Shown: positions 26,868 to 40,058 of the stretch, one piece after another
Layout of the letters: every line of letters starts with the position of its first letter
Numbering within the stretch: position 1 is the first letter of the stretch
Origin: Phoronis australis
Lineage: Eukaryota; Animalia; Phoronida
Reading direction: 5' to 3'
Length of the DNA: 64,000 bases
Assembly (NCBI GenBank): GCA_002633005.1
Contig: NMRA01000475.1
Span: 275,130-339,129 of the forward strand
The notes under the pieces: generated by a model
What the model saw: the letters and a program-made list of their open reading frames with translations, nothing else
The model's database searches: none
What the model was told of the DNA's origin: nothing
Program-made: the position numbers and the translations under genes

Positions 26868-27384
26868 AGTGGCATAGCACGCGAAAAACAGACTAAATTG
26901 CATTATTCAAAGTGCCACTGAAACAGAAGTCGAATTGTTCACTAGGTATTTTTACGGTTGGTTAGTAAAGATTTTGAATTTCTGTTGATGTCAGAACATT
27001 TTTCCCTTAGTTTCAAATTTCCACTTCTTCGATTTTTCATTCACACGGCAAAGCACGTCTTTTTATTTGGACGTCGTACATTCCTCTCATATGGAAATGT
27101 GTGTTATTGACCGTTCGTGTAAATAAAGCAGTGGCTATTTCAAGCCGCAACCAGTCCTACTTCTTTGAGCGCATGCGCGAATATATAACATTGGCGGTGG
27201 AGAATTTGAAAAATGAATTGGGATGAAAAGTTTTTAGTTCGTCTGTTTTTCAATAACTTAAATCTGACGATTTTTTCTAGACATTCTTGTAATATTCAAA
27301 GTGAATAAGTCTCACGTTAGCATCCCCAAGTTCGCCACGATCTGTTTAAAAGGTATTTTACTATTTTTCGCGATCCATGCCTCT
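26868..27384. mobile_element. 517-bp Kolobok-type MITE
   Basis: TTAA|AGTGGCATAGCACGCGAAAAA ... TTTTTCGCGATCCATGCCTCT|TTAA: imperfect 21-bp TIR, AG..CT termini, TTAA TSD. Confidence 0.7.
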
Positions 27385-28629
27385 TTAAGAAGAAAGCGGG
27401 AATTTGTCGCATTACACGAGTCGTGAAGGTCAAAAGAAAGTAACGCAATATCATGCATGAGAGAATTAAACATCACGAAATAAACCTAAAACGTGGCAAA
27501 TATTTGGTTAGTTGCAAAACCCGTGGTTAACACGACGTAATGATTACAACACTGTATCTGTAACTTACCAGAAACATTGAAATTCTTATGAATAATATGT
27601 TTTCAAAAAATTGCGAGATGAGCTATCTGAGATATCCGCTTTTTCATTTTCAAAATGTTAGCAACAATAGTTTATCTTGAATAGAGCTAGAAGTGGATGT
27701 TTTAACAGGATTCATATTCAGCTACCGGGCTGACGAACTTGATCCAAGACAAATATTGACATGTGCCCATCTAAACAGGCAAATAGCTAGTAATACTTGT
27801 TTAAAAATGTGTGTGTGTCTTACCATTATGGTTAACAGTCGTTGGGTCCACAAGGTAGAAGTTCTAAGTCTGAATACTTACCCTCCGTGAAACGACTTCT
27901 TTTCTGCAAGGATGTTGACGTGGTCGGCCGTTAGATGCAAAGAGTAAGGCATTTCTGCCAGGTAAAGGCTTTACGAAAACCACAAAACACAATAAACTAC
28001 CGCGCCCAACTTTCTCGCTACGAGATGAATGCAGAGACGCCCACGTGCAAGCTTACAACTACCAACAGTTGCGCGTGATTGTTAAAGTGCTTATAACATG
28101 TTTTGTTTTTTCAGGCCCCGGTGTTTGATCTCTGTACTCGGAAGTGGACTCGATTTTGAGTTTGGAGTGTAGGTCCTGGGACCCTGGTGTGTTCTGGAGT
28201 CCGTTTCATGGAATCGACTTTAGACAATCCGGAATTAGAGATTGTTCATATGACGTAGAAAATTCCTCGAAAAAACATGAGCTTCTATAAACCACGTTGA
28301 AAACTATTGCAAATGCACAGTAGATCTCCGATACATTACTGCTCATCTAGGGCTGAGACGCCTGTGCTCTAAAGGTGAACAATTGTTTTAATCAAAATAA
28401 TATCAAATTACAATTGTTTTAAAGCCTAATATGATGGAAGGCGGAGCCTCTGTGGGGGCAAAAGCAAAAACATAAGCAGTGGAAACGATCCGTTGCAGGC
28501 TTAGATTTTATTCGTCTGTGTAGAGACACCCTTCAGTCACTCGGACAGGGAAAGTGAAAGGACACAACAGGACCACAGTAGGCCTACGGTACTCTGCGTG
28601 GCGTCTATTAAAAGTCATCCTTGTTCTAA

Positions 28630-29753
28630 CCACAGGCGCTTGAGTTTATCGCAAATGACGTCACTCAATAATATATAAGAAAACATAAACATAAAGGTTG
28701 GACACTTAAACTTTGCCAAGCCGAGGCTCCCAACTTCAACCGTCCAAAATCCAAATAAAATCTGCGTGCACCTCATTCAGTCTGGTGTTGCATAAACCTT
28801 CGAAGCCTTGTCTTTCCTAGATCCCATTAACTGTATTCGTGAGAGGTGAATTGGCGATGGAATTTCTAAAACAATCTCGAAACTCTGAATTCAAGGACCT
28901 AAAATAGTAAACATGGCGGATTTCAGTTGTGCTTCAACTTGTACGCCTGTCGTAGGTGAAACTTCGAGTTTGAGCAGGCAACCTATATTTCAAATTCAAT
29001 AATTCTAGTCCAAAACTCAACTAATTGAGAATGTTAAAGTTAGTATTTTAATGATTATTTGTAACTTTATTCCACTGACGGCTCATTTTAGCCCTTAACT
29101 TAGAATTTCATTACATAAACTGGCGTATCTTGTTTCTCATCTTGACATCACGCACTTTTTTGATTGAAGCACAGCACACACTCGGCCAGGAAACGCAGTC
29201 CGTGCAAGTATTACAATGCGCGTGGCCGACGAGTTAACTCAATGGTTTTGGCCAAAAGTAAAACCTTCATAAGAAATCACAGTACACAAAAAACTTCGCA
29301 TATCAATACAGTATCAGGATAATTTATATTTGACACAAATATGTGACTAATTACATTTCAGTTTGGCAATAAAGTACTCTCTGCTTCTCATGATCAAGTA
29401 GTCGATGGATTGACGGCGAAAGCCTCGCGAAATTAGACTTTCGTATTTAGCTCGGGAGCGTCTGTCAAAACCCGGATGTGCGAAGACCGTCTGCCATGAC
29501 ATCACGGAATTAGGTCCTTGAGTTTGTGATTTTGGCATTCTTTTGGCATTTTTGTCGCCAAATTACCACTTGAAGGCAATTTGAAGAGATCGAATGAAAG
29601 AAAGTATTCTAAGAGTTGTTCGATGCTAGTTTCGTGGAGTTCCATGCACATTTGAGTAGAAAATTCTAAGCAAACAGATTTCGAGTGTCCAACCTTTATG
29701 TTTTCTTATATATTATGAGTGACGTCATTTGCGATAAACCCAAGCGCCTGTGG
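28630..29753. mobile_element. 1.1-kb non-autonomous DNA transposon with ~75-bp TIRs
   Basis: CCACAGGCGCTTGAGTTTATCGCAAATGACGTCACTCA..ATATATAAGAAAACATAAAGGTTGGACACT is mirrored at ~29683-29753. Flanks TTCTAA / TTTTAA may be a 6-bp TSD with one mismatch. Confidence 0.85.
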
Positions 29754-30174
29754 TTTTAACACTCAATGACTTAGTGCTAATCTTACAACACTTTCTGAAA
29801 AGCTTACTTGCGTCTATAAATGAATCGCACGAGAAACACTTGAGCAAACAAATCCTTCGGCAAATCGCGCATAGGCCTAATATGTCCACGTAGACTTACG
29901 GTAATAAAGAATTTCTCGAATCATTCGCACTGCAAGGTTACGTGCTGAACGTGATCATAGCTAAAACGGTCTGTGATTGTTTCCGGATAATCACCATTTT
30001 ATTCCATTTTGAGTTAGACGAAAATTTGTGGGATTGGACAGTTGAAGCATACTGAAAAGGCTTCACATGGAGATTGAAGCCGATTAAAAATGTGGCCGGG
30101 ATATCCAACTTCACAAAACTCAACTCGCTTGTCCGGGAATCAATAATAAAAAATGCCGGAGTGTGCAAACTGGC

Positions 30175-30306
30175 CCTGGGGGAGGGTACTCGACGTGTAG
30201 CCCTGGGTTAGGGTACTCGACGCGTAGCGCTGGGGGAGGGTACTCGACGTGTACCGATGGGGGAGAGTACTCGACGTGTAGCGCTGGGGGAGAGTACTCG
30301 ACGTGT
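30175..30306. repeat. ~28-bp minisatellite (CTGGGGGAGGGTACTCGACGTGTAGCG), 5 copies
   Basis: Five diverged head-to-tail units with an invariant GTACTCGACG core. Confidence 0.9.
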
Positions 30307-31599
30307 GTGAGAAATTAGGATACCCAGAAAGTAGATTAAATACAAATGAAGAGGACTCATTAGTCGGAAGTTTTTATGAAAAAGTCAACTTTCGTTGCCA
30401 GTTTATTTCCAATACATTATCCAGTTTAACCGGGCCATATGCTTAGTAGTTTAATTCAAACCGCGAAAAACCTTGTTCTGGGCACGGGTATAAACTTATT
30501 ATTCGATATCCAATTCGAAATTATATTTCTTGTCATTTTCTATTGTACGTTTTGCGAACTCAAGATAAGTGTCAATTGCTGTTCTATGCTGGAATACATA
30601 CCGTCTTACGTGCATGGCTGCCTAATACTAATTTGCGGCACTTAATGGCCTCAGCGTTAAAGTAAGAAGTTTGATCCAAAATTCGAGTTTTTACTCGAAA
30701 TCTCGATTTTTATTCGAGATTTTAGCTCGAATTCTATGGATCGTCAAGTACGAACTGGGACTAGAATCTCATTTGCATAAACCATAATGTATATGAGCAC
30801 ACGACAACTGACGCTTATCTTGCCATCGCCAAAAGTAGAACGGAAAACGACAATGAAATAATTTCGAGTTCGATTTTGATTAAAAAAGATTAGACCCCGC
30901 TCCTGATGTGAGAAACATTCACAGATGTATTTGTTCTTCCAAAACAAAGTCTTCATTTTCTTATAATTTGCTTGAGTTGAACATGGTTACAACTTATCGT
31001 CTGAAAACTTCCTTATGGGCACGCTGCCTTGACAACTTGAAACTAACCCGTCGCGAAAATAACTTTAATGAGTTTCGTCTGAAGCAATAATGATTTGTCA
31101 ATTCTTCTCAGGCGTAAGAATCGTCTATAATCTTAGCAAGGACCAGGATGAGAGCGATTTTATAACAGTATAAGTAACCTAGATCAAAAGTTGTTTTGTC
31201 AGAAGGCGCGGGTTTATTGCCCCTTTAGTTAAACAGCGCTTTGGATTAATTGTGTTATTGTTACGCAACGAACCTCAATAAAATATAGTACAGTATAGAT
31301 TTTGTGTAAAAATTGACCGGAGGGAGCTCCCGAATTCAAAAAGATAAGCCTTTTTAGAACACTGAACTGTAATATTAAAATACACTCTACTTTGTACAAA
31401 TCTGTCGTGAAAACCGACCAAGTCCACGACAAAACGTTACTGAGATCTTTCATGCGCCGATGTTGCCGAATGCGCTTTACTACATGTATAGAAATGATCG
31501 GAGTTTAACCTTTCTTTATCCTGATTCAACTCTAGCCACCAATTTTTGCGGCTTTCCGCCTGAAATATCCCATTACCCCCAGTCTTTACAAAGTGAATG

Positions 31600-31905
31600 G
31601 CTGGCTCATGAGAGTGCAGGGAGAACTCTCATAACTGGTATAAAAATGCAGGATGAAAGGCTGGAGAGTGTGGCCGTCAAGTTGCTTGCAGGGGCAAAAT
31701 ACAGAGAAGTGTTTAGCTGCGCTGTACAAGTACGACCTCTGTCTGAAAATGTGTGTGGAAATGATTCCGAGAATGAAAAACGTAAATTTCATTGCATCGC
31801 GAATCCAGAACGATCTCATAGACATTCTTGAAACTATAACAGAAGATCTGGTAAAAAATCAAATAAAGGAAATTCTTTGCATTTCTAGCAGGCGAAATTA
31901 CACCC
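31600..31905 (+). pseudogene. hAT transposase fossil (ZMYM1/DUF4371-like region)
   Basis: Frameshifted pieces ...KYREV / LAALYKYDLCLK / KNVNFIASRIQNDLIDILETITEDLVKNQIK / FFAFLAGEIT resemble the hAT 'YTSxxIQNELI...FSILADETT' signature. Confidence 0.65.
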
Positions 31906-34848
31906 CACTATACCGAACAATTTTTAGTAAAACTTAGTACAAAGAAAGGTACGTTCATAGCTAAACAACGGTATAAATAAAATGGTCAAATTTTGTTTTT
32001 TTTCCTAGAGAAAGATAGCTCACTTGCGAGTTTCTCGTTAGTCAATGTGACGTCACCGGAAGAGGGGCAAATCCTGCCATATTGCTCTTAATTTGGCCCG
32101 AATCTTTGCTACACACGCTAAATCTTACTGGGGTTCTTATGGTGAATTTTACGTTTAAAACGTTAACACAACTTAAGAGATGGTAGATGGATCGTGGAAT
32201 AATTGTGGATGGACGAAGAAAATGTGAACTTGTTATACTGTGCGAAGCTGTGAACGGATTGAAATTGGAACTCAACTTGGTCTAGGCCTGCCTGCCGCAG
32301 GCACACAGGGGCGATAGTATATCCCCATAAAAAGTTACTCACTTCAAAATACAGCTAATAAAATCAAATGAAACACGCATATTATTTTGCACATAGAGTT
32401 GTAATTAACATTTACCCTAATTCTGGATACAATTAAGTCTACAAATAACTTGAACATATCCATGAAGACCTCGCGGTTTGATCGCTCGAGTTTCTCTCAC
32501 CGAGCGCCATTTTGAGGAAGTTACGTGAAATCATCCTTGTTGACGAACAAAAAGTCCAAGGGACACAAATCTTACAAATTTCACGTGATATTTCTCATGC
32601 TATTTTGCAAGTGTCACGCGATAGCTGTTGCCTCATACTCACCTGACTCAGTTGAAATACTTTGTGGTTATCGCGCGCGCGGTCATAGTTAACAGCAATT
32701 ACAAAGTGGAGTTGGAATTCCTCGCCAAAGTCACATGAATTTCCGTAGCTATGCTTCATCAAAGATATGTTTAGAAGCAGAAAGAGTCACTGAAGAAAGT
32801 AAGCGCCTTTTAGGTGATAATTTTAGGTGTAGAAAGTATTTTTGACGAGGTGAAAACTTAACCAGTGAGCGGATTTCGCCTACCGCCCGTTTAAATACAC
32901 GGGACGAAATTAGTGCACAACGCGATAGAACATATTGTTGTGCGAATCTGAATTTCATTTGCCATAACAGCAGTGTTTGTTTGGCGTTTTTCGAACTAAA
33001 CGGCTAAAAACTCGAAGAAAGTAACAGAATACACTCTGCTACCGTATTGGGCAAATGGCCAAACGACAAGCTTTTGTCCCACTTCCCGTGACGTCACAGT
33101 TAAGTCTCACATAATCTCGCGCAAAAAGACTTTCACGCATATTTAGCTTGCAGCGTAGTCTCCCAGTTGTACTCCCTTCACATACGCGGGTTTTTTTTTT
33201 CGCTAGTAACACTCCACCCAGTCCAAGCCCTTCTTGGAAGAAACATGAGGGACTGAAGCTAAAGAAGAACTAGTCACACTCTGGTCTAGTTCAGAGTCTG
33301 ATTTTGGGCTCAACACAATTCAAGTGATATGCTGCTGAGTTTACCTTCAAGGGTCTAATTGTGGATGTTACTGAGGCTGAATGAGTTTAGATGAAAGAAA
33401 GCCACGTGTTGAAACTGGACATTTTTTACAAGCGCTTCTATGGGCCATTGAAACTAGAACCCAGTGAAATGAAAGCCAAAAGCTGAGTGACATTAAATTT
33501 TCCTTTCAGAAGAAAGGCTTTATACTATTGGTAAAAACTTTTCAATTTGGTACAGATTATGGGGAAATGACATTCAGTGACTGCATCGATTGTCTTATTG
33601 TATGTTTTCAATTGTAGCTAGCTGGATAAGAATCTGCTATGCACAAGATTCGAGAATAAACAATTATCAGTGTATTTAAAAACAAATGGCAAACTGAAAA
33701 AAGCTCAGAAAGAAACAACATTGCGAGGGAGTCCATAATCAGGCATATCAGGTGTTGAATTTCTGAATTACATTCAATTCTCTCAGGTTATTGCTGAAGG
33801 ATTGCTTTTCACTTTGTCCAACGGTGAAATAGATGGTCAGGTGGTTGGTTTCAGTTGTTTTTTCTTGCCTGTAACAGAATAGAAATATTAGCAAATTGTA
33901 AAAGAAAAGACAAGACAAAACTACTTTTGCAAGGCAGAACATACTTGACATTTCATCTTTATGTTTATGTGTAGAAACTAATAACCTTTGTACCCAAGTC
34001 TTATTTAATATCTGAATTAAAATATGTGAAACAGGCTAAAAGTGATTTAACAATGTGTATTTTTCATGACACTTAAAATGTGCTTCTGATCTAAACAAGT
34101 AAAATTCATTCTAGGTGTCAATTTTTTTTCCAATGCAATGTTACGACATTTACTGAATTAAGGCTTATTCATGTTAATTCGATAACTGAGCTGGTGGTCC
34201 TGGTGGTGGGGTCCACGATAAAATAAGGAAACTCACTCACCTAGAGAATTTTATTGGAAACAGCATAGTTTTGAAGAGAAACTGCAGTGGAAAAGTCACT
34301 CATGACTTCTGTGCATCACGTACCATACACCTCTTATTTTGGGAGCACTCCCACCCAGTCCCAGCATAGTCTATGGTCCCAGGACAATATGAATATGTGC
34401 TGCTAGCCTACCCGGCATCGGGTAAGTTTCCAAAAAGAAACACTTAGTTCGACTCAATAAACTGTTATTCAGTGGGGTAACTGGTGGGGATAACATCACC
34501 GAACGATGTTGATAGAAACTGATTGCTAAAACCTTACCAAGTAATGTTGTGTAGTCTCCGAATGGAACTGCGTTATGCATAGTCATAGAGCACACACGGG
34601 GCTTCAGCATCCACACATTTTTGTCAGTTAGTTGACCCTGTTGACCGCAATTGTCCACGAATATAGTAACCTTAGGTCTTTTGGGAATTTGTGGCCACCT
34701 GTCGAAAACTTGCACCAGGGAAATTAGCAGTAATAAGGCTTAGCGCGACGACGTATTTTGATAAAAATTCCATCTTTTACCAGTTGTTTACATGCAGACA
34801 GCCACGCACGCGCAATTCAGTCACCACTAGTACAGCAGCGACACCGCG

Positions 34849-36615
34849 AGGAGAATTCTCCGAATAGCCCCATTGAATTAGTCTTTTTTACCGTCTTAAT
34901 CGCTCAATATCCACATCGCCTCTTGTACGATCGACCTCACCTTGCCGAGAGGTGTCGCGTTAGTGACCTGTGAGGAAGGTTAACCTGGTTCCCGGGTCTC
35001 AAAACATGACGTCACGAATAACTTGTGGACAACCAATCTCGCGGGTTTGTGTAGGAGACTATGAGGAAGGTGAGAAACGACGCAGCGACGTCAGTGGTTC
35101 GTCTGCAGAGTGAATGCCGCTATATTGCGGTGCATCGCTTTCGCTTGTCCGAACTATGAAGCTGCAAAGAAAGCGAGTATGTCGTTTTTTCGACTTCCTC
35201 GAGATCCCGAAATCTTAGGAAGTGGCTCGCGGTAGTGAAGAATGAAAGGTATGCTGTTAGCAAATATGAGGCCGTGAAACATCTCCGTGTCTGTGGCCGG
35301 CATTTCGTCGACAGGGATTTCTCTGACGAATTCCTTATTACCAAAGAACTATCCATACGTTCCGTTGCCTATGCATGTTCACGGCGCCTCTCTAGTATTT
35401 CCCGGTTCGAACTGATAGCCTGTGAAACCTAACGATCCGACCCGTGAAGTCTTCGTCGGATGAGCTCTTGACTAAAAGTCGGGATTGGCGCCGGGCGAGG
35501 TGCCATGTAGAAGTTTATTATTCTGCGTTCTGTTTCAAAATGAATTATTCTCATCCTAAAATGATCCCAAATATATGAAACTGAAACAAAGTCTGTCTCA
35601 TTAGATACAATTTGTAATGCCTTGGAGTGCTCGTAAGTGCAAATGTTTTGAGAAGCCAGCAATGAATAAACCACTGCGTTACCGGCTTTTGATGCCAGTA
35701 ACAAATGTAATTAACCGAGCACCGAGGCCGTGTGAGCGCATGCTAATTTAGTGTTTGCTGACAGAAAGCTGTTGTGAAACAATTACTCGATTTTACATGC
35801 TATGGTCACATGTTAGGGGAATCTTTACTTAGAAATACAAATGCATTATTCAAATCATTGTTATTGTACAACCTTTGCCCTGACGGTCAGTAGAATTAAG
35901 AGGAACCCGACTTCGCGGCCCCCGACAAGTAAGTAGATTTTCAGTTTCGTGGCTAATTCACATAAATAATTAAATGCACATTATTTCTTTGGCTCACTAT
36001 TATAGTCTTGTCGTGACTGGAGGTTTAATTTCCAACTCAAGCTGGTTTATGTTCGTGCCAGTCCCGGCGACGGGCCTGATCGGGTTCCGAGCCACTGGCC
36101 GGGATAACAAGCGTTTTGTGTGTTTAGAACTCAGAAAATCACAAGTATAAACAGCAAAGATCTAGGTTCTCCTGTCTGTATTTCACGGAAGAATACTTCG
36201 AATTTATCTCCGAACAGACCCCAAATTCCTGCTACGGACTTTGAACTGGCCTGCCGAACGTTGTAGACCACGGTGTGTCCAAATACCAGTAAATCCCTAT
36301 TTGCGAAATAAAACAAGACGTTTTTATAAGAACTCGGTATATTTTCAAGTGTTTTATATTGAAATTTGATGATTTATTGGTGTTAAACGATGAATTCAAG
36401 CGAGAAGCTGACACCACTAACCTGTGTTACTGCTGAACAGACTGCGTGTGAAACCAATTACGTTATTGGATAATTTCAACACCTCCGTTAGCCCAAAGAT
36501 ACTATAAAATCTTTGGTTTGCTGTCAGGTGTCAGGTAATGCAACCGAACCTGGCGTTATCGAGTAGAACTACTCGATCCGTTACAAAATAGGTTGTTTTT
36601 GGGTGGCATTCTCCT
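34849..36615 (+). mobile_element. Second, inverted copy of the 20115-21759 Kolobok-type family with THAP remnant
   Basis: Right end GGGTGGCATTCTCCT|TTAA (36601-36619). The body is the reverse complement of the 20.1-21.8 kb element. ~35124-35360 reads LRCIAFACPNYEAAKKASMSFFRLPRDPE / LRKWLAVVKNERYAVSKYEAVKHLRVCGRHFVDRDF. The left terminus is degenerate and lacks TTAA. Confidence 0.8.
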
Positions 36616-36641
36616 TTAAAACATATAGTAAGTATACGACA

Positions 36642-36810
36642 TATTAGGTGTCCCAAAAAGCGACCCACTTTTAGACAAGTGATTTCTCAGCAACGGATAA
36701 ATCGACTGTTTTTTCAAATTCTTACAGATGAACCTTAGGATATCATCAACAAATGTGCAAAATATCAAAGAGATCTGTGTTCAATTGTGCGAATACTGTC
36801 AAATTAAAAT
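36642..36810 (+). mobile_element. Tc1/mariner-like terminal repeat (left-facing copy)
   Basis: TATTAGGTGTCCCAAAAAG..CCACTTTTAGACAAGTGATTTCTCAGCAA is homologous in inverted orientation to ~45945-46112. Confidence 0.55.
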
Positions 36811-37045
36811 CATCAAGTCAAAAAATAAAATGTCAAAGGGAAGCTCGCTTATTTAGTCTATGCTCAGTGTGGACTCCATCTTCCTGCACGAACAAATGGA
36901 GCCGTTTCTTCCTACCAGAAATTCTTTTCCGTATTTCTTCCATCGAGATTTCCTCTGTGACATAATTATTCTGTCTTTTATTTCCTGCTCAGTAAATCTG
37001 TCTCTCATTTCCTGGTAAACTTTCTCCTTCAGACAGTCTCATATG

Positions 37046-37111
37046 GCGTAGTACACTGGATGACGTAGTACACTGGATGACGTAGTACACTGGATGACGT
37101 AGTACACTGGA
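37046..37111. repeat. 17-bp tandem repeat (CGTAGTACACTGGATGA), ~4 copies
   Basis: Directly visible. Confidence 0.95.
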
Positions 37112-37789
37112 TTGCAGCCAGGACTGGGCTGAGGCCACTCATCCTATTTGATGAATTTTGGTTTGGCCTCCATCAGATGAGCCTGAGTTATAATTTTTGT
37201 TCGCGTTTGAAGGAGCTCCATCTTGTTAAGACACGCAATTGTTTCAAGGTTAAAAGAGAGGTTTCGCAAAGCCACGTGACCGTGAATTATCACGCATACT
37301 TAATTGCACGTGCCGATTCACGTTACAGTAACAATAATTAAATGGGTTTCGCAACAGCCAAATGTTTGCGTGAACGTAGAAGTAAACGTGAACTGAATAA
37401 CTGAGCTCAGGGTGTCCAGTTATTGTAAGCCTAGTGTATGTCGGCTAGTTTACAAAAAAATTAAAAGTCACTCTGCCAGTGTAACTTCTTTTGCGTGAAA
37501 AAAGTCGTCATTTCTATGAACTCCTGCGAGAAATTGTCAACTCTTAGAATGCGAAATCTATTTGCAGTTTAAAATAAATAGATGCATGCAAATTAAGCAT
37601 ATGAAAATTTAACAACACAAAATTATATCTGTTCAAAATCCATTCTACATGTAATTCGATGATATCCAGCGAACCCCCGGTAGAATATGTAGGTTTATTT
37701 CAAACACGTAACAGGCCTCCGGCCCACATTGCAAATATATAATATATACAGAGTACCAGATTGTTCAAGTCTAAACTAATTCATATCAA

Positions 37790-38430
37790 GGAACTCATTT
37801 CGAAATTTCTCCGCATTAATTAAATATCTAGCAACTTTTCTCAGGACAGTTGAATCATGAGTCTGTAGAAAATTGCTGAACACTATCTCGTCCACTTTAT
37901 CGTATCTTGGTAAGAACAGAACATGTAGATCAGAATATAAATTACATTCGAGAAAAATCAAGTCCACTAAACCTTCCCTAAACAATCATTAAAGAATGCG
38001 CCGAGCTTCTGAATCTTTCGAGGGTTACTCTGTGAAAACTATTTTCTAGCAATGTTATGTAGTTTTCTACTACAAAATTACATTTAACTATTTTATAAAC
38101 ATCTAATGATTGAGAAAATATATTGTCTTTTCAATCCTGGATGTCAATATCAAAGCATCGTTGTTGAAATTCCCTTATAAATGAGGCAGCATCGCCTACA
38201 CCTTGTTGTATCCAAACAACTCCAAAACCATAAGCAAATAACAATCGTTTAACATTTAGAGCCCAGCAACACTTATTTTGCTCAGTCATGTCATATTGCA
38301 CATTATAGTGCACACTAACATATTGATGGCTTGGCAATTTGATAATCTTTAACCAGTATTTAACAATTCTCAATAACAGATGTACCTTCATTGTTACTCT
38401 ACCAAGCTCTCCCCTCACTGCAGCGTTTGA
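37790..38430 (-). pseudogene. 5'-truncated non-LTR retrotransposon (LINE) ORF2 C-terminal fossil
   Basis: RGELGR...RIVKYWLKII...WALNVKRLLFAYGFGVVWIQQ...FQQRCFD, then IFLECNLYSDL...LRKVARYLINA. This is typical of the post-RT region of invertebrate LINEs (clade uncertain). Confidence 0.75.
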
Positions 38431-38803
38431 GACATGCTGTCCAGAACAAGGATTTTGGAAAAGGTGCTTTCTTGCAAATAAACATTTATTGACAAATGAA
38501 TCGTGTTCATTTCATACTGAAGCAAAGAAGAAAGATTGAGAACCCTATCAAAATAAAAATCTTTCGGTGTTGTACCAAATAAGAATTAAAAACGGGCCAC
38601 ATGTTTCGCGTTTAAAGCGATGCGAATATCACTTTACCCCATACGCGTTGAATCTGTCGAGGGAAATACGGCCATGTAATAAAGTTTTCCGTATTCACCT
38701 CACTTCAACAGTGACCTCTGACATGGAAAGTTCAAAAGGTATGTCAATGTCGACTCGACGTCTTCAGCTGGTTCGATCATCAAACTTTCCGAATATAGTT
38801 TAA

Positions 38804-40058
38804 AGGCGAAGGCAACCTTTTTCCAGGTCATTTTTTACCAAAAATGAGGTTCGTTGATTATCCAAGACATGTTTTTCACTTATTTACTGCTTTTCGTAAT
38901 TTTATTAATTATTCGTCGTCTACTCCGGAAGTGACGTTTTGGGAGGCAAGAATTTCGCGCCAATTTCTTTTCATATAGTCTGACTGTGAGAGCAGTCGAG
39001 TCAGACATTGTACTACCTCGGTTGTGATAAGTTCGGTCGTCGTTTGCTTTTGCTTACGAGTCAGTCAACATGCCACGCTGTTGATGCGTACTGGGGAGTA
39101 CTCATTATCGTCTCACGTACAGAGGAAGAACTGTCCCACTTGCCCGAGTGTCCCGCGACACACTCCCACACCTGGCACCTTCTAAATAGCTCCAATACAA
39201 CACCACAATAAACTTATCAAACTTAGGCTCACCGATCTGTTCATTGGGTGTCGAACTGGGCCTGTATTCACTCCCACTGCTCAACATCGCTGCAGGGCTG
39301 CTTACATGCTCTGGGCTAGAGACAACAGCACAGGGCGAATCACTGCTAGTTTCCGGAATTACACGCAACGGGGTACGTTCGGAGGCACGGGTGACTGTAG
39401 ATGAAGTGCCTCCAGTCACTGTATATAGTGGCCACAGCTCGCGAGGCTTCTTGCTTCAGAAACGCACTTCTCAGGGTTGGCGACGGGGCACTGCCGGGAA
39501 TCAACAGCGACGGTATGGTATCCTTCTTCAGGCGATGTTTTGCAGGGACCGTCATCAATTCAGCGTACATATCTTTGTCGTAATCTAACGGCAGAAAATG
39601 CTTGCCACACACTCGGTAACCCTCCACTGCTTAATTTGCACGTTGCGTGGACGGGTAACTCTGCGTTCTTCACATGAACGAGCTAGCCAAGTACGGCGAA
39701 GTGTGTGTCATCCTTCGGAAAGCGTCGCAAGGTACCCAAAGCGCGTGTGAGACGATAATGAGTACATCCCGGTACGAAGCAACAGCGTGGCATGTTGACT
39801 GACTTGTAAACAAAAGCAAACGACGACCGAACTTATCACAACCGAGGTAGAACAATGAGTGACTCGACAGCCCTCACAGTCAGACTATAATGAAAAGAAA
39901 TTGGCGCGAAACTCTTGCCTCCCAAAACGTCACTTCCGTAGTAGAGGACGAGAAATTAATCAAATTACGAAAAGCTGTGATTAAGTGAAAAATGTGTCTG
40001 GTATAATCAACGAACCTTATTTTGCTAAAAATGACATGAAAAAAGGTTGCCTTCGTCT
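38804..40058 (-). mobile_element. Kolobok-type element (1,255 bp) with ~315-bp TIRs and THAP pseudogene
   Basis: TTAA|AGGCGAAGGCAACC ... GGTTGCCTTCGTCT|TTAA; 38804-39117 mirrors ~39746-40058. The minus strand from ATG 39793 reads MPRCCFVPGCTHYRLTRALGTLRRFPKDD / LRRTWLA / VEGYRVCGKHFLPLDYDKDMYAELMTVPAKHRLKKDTIPSL. Confidence 0.9.
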
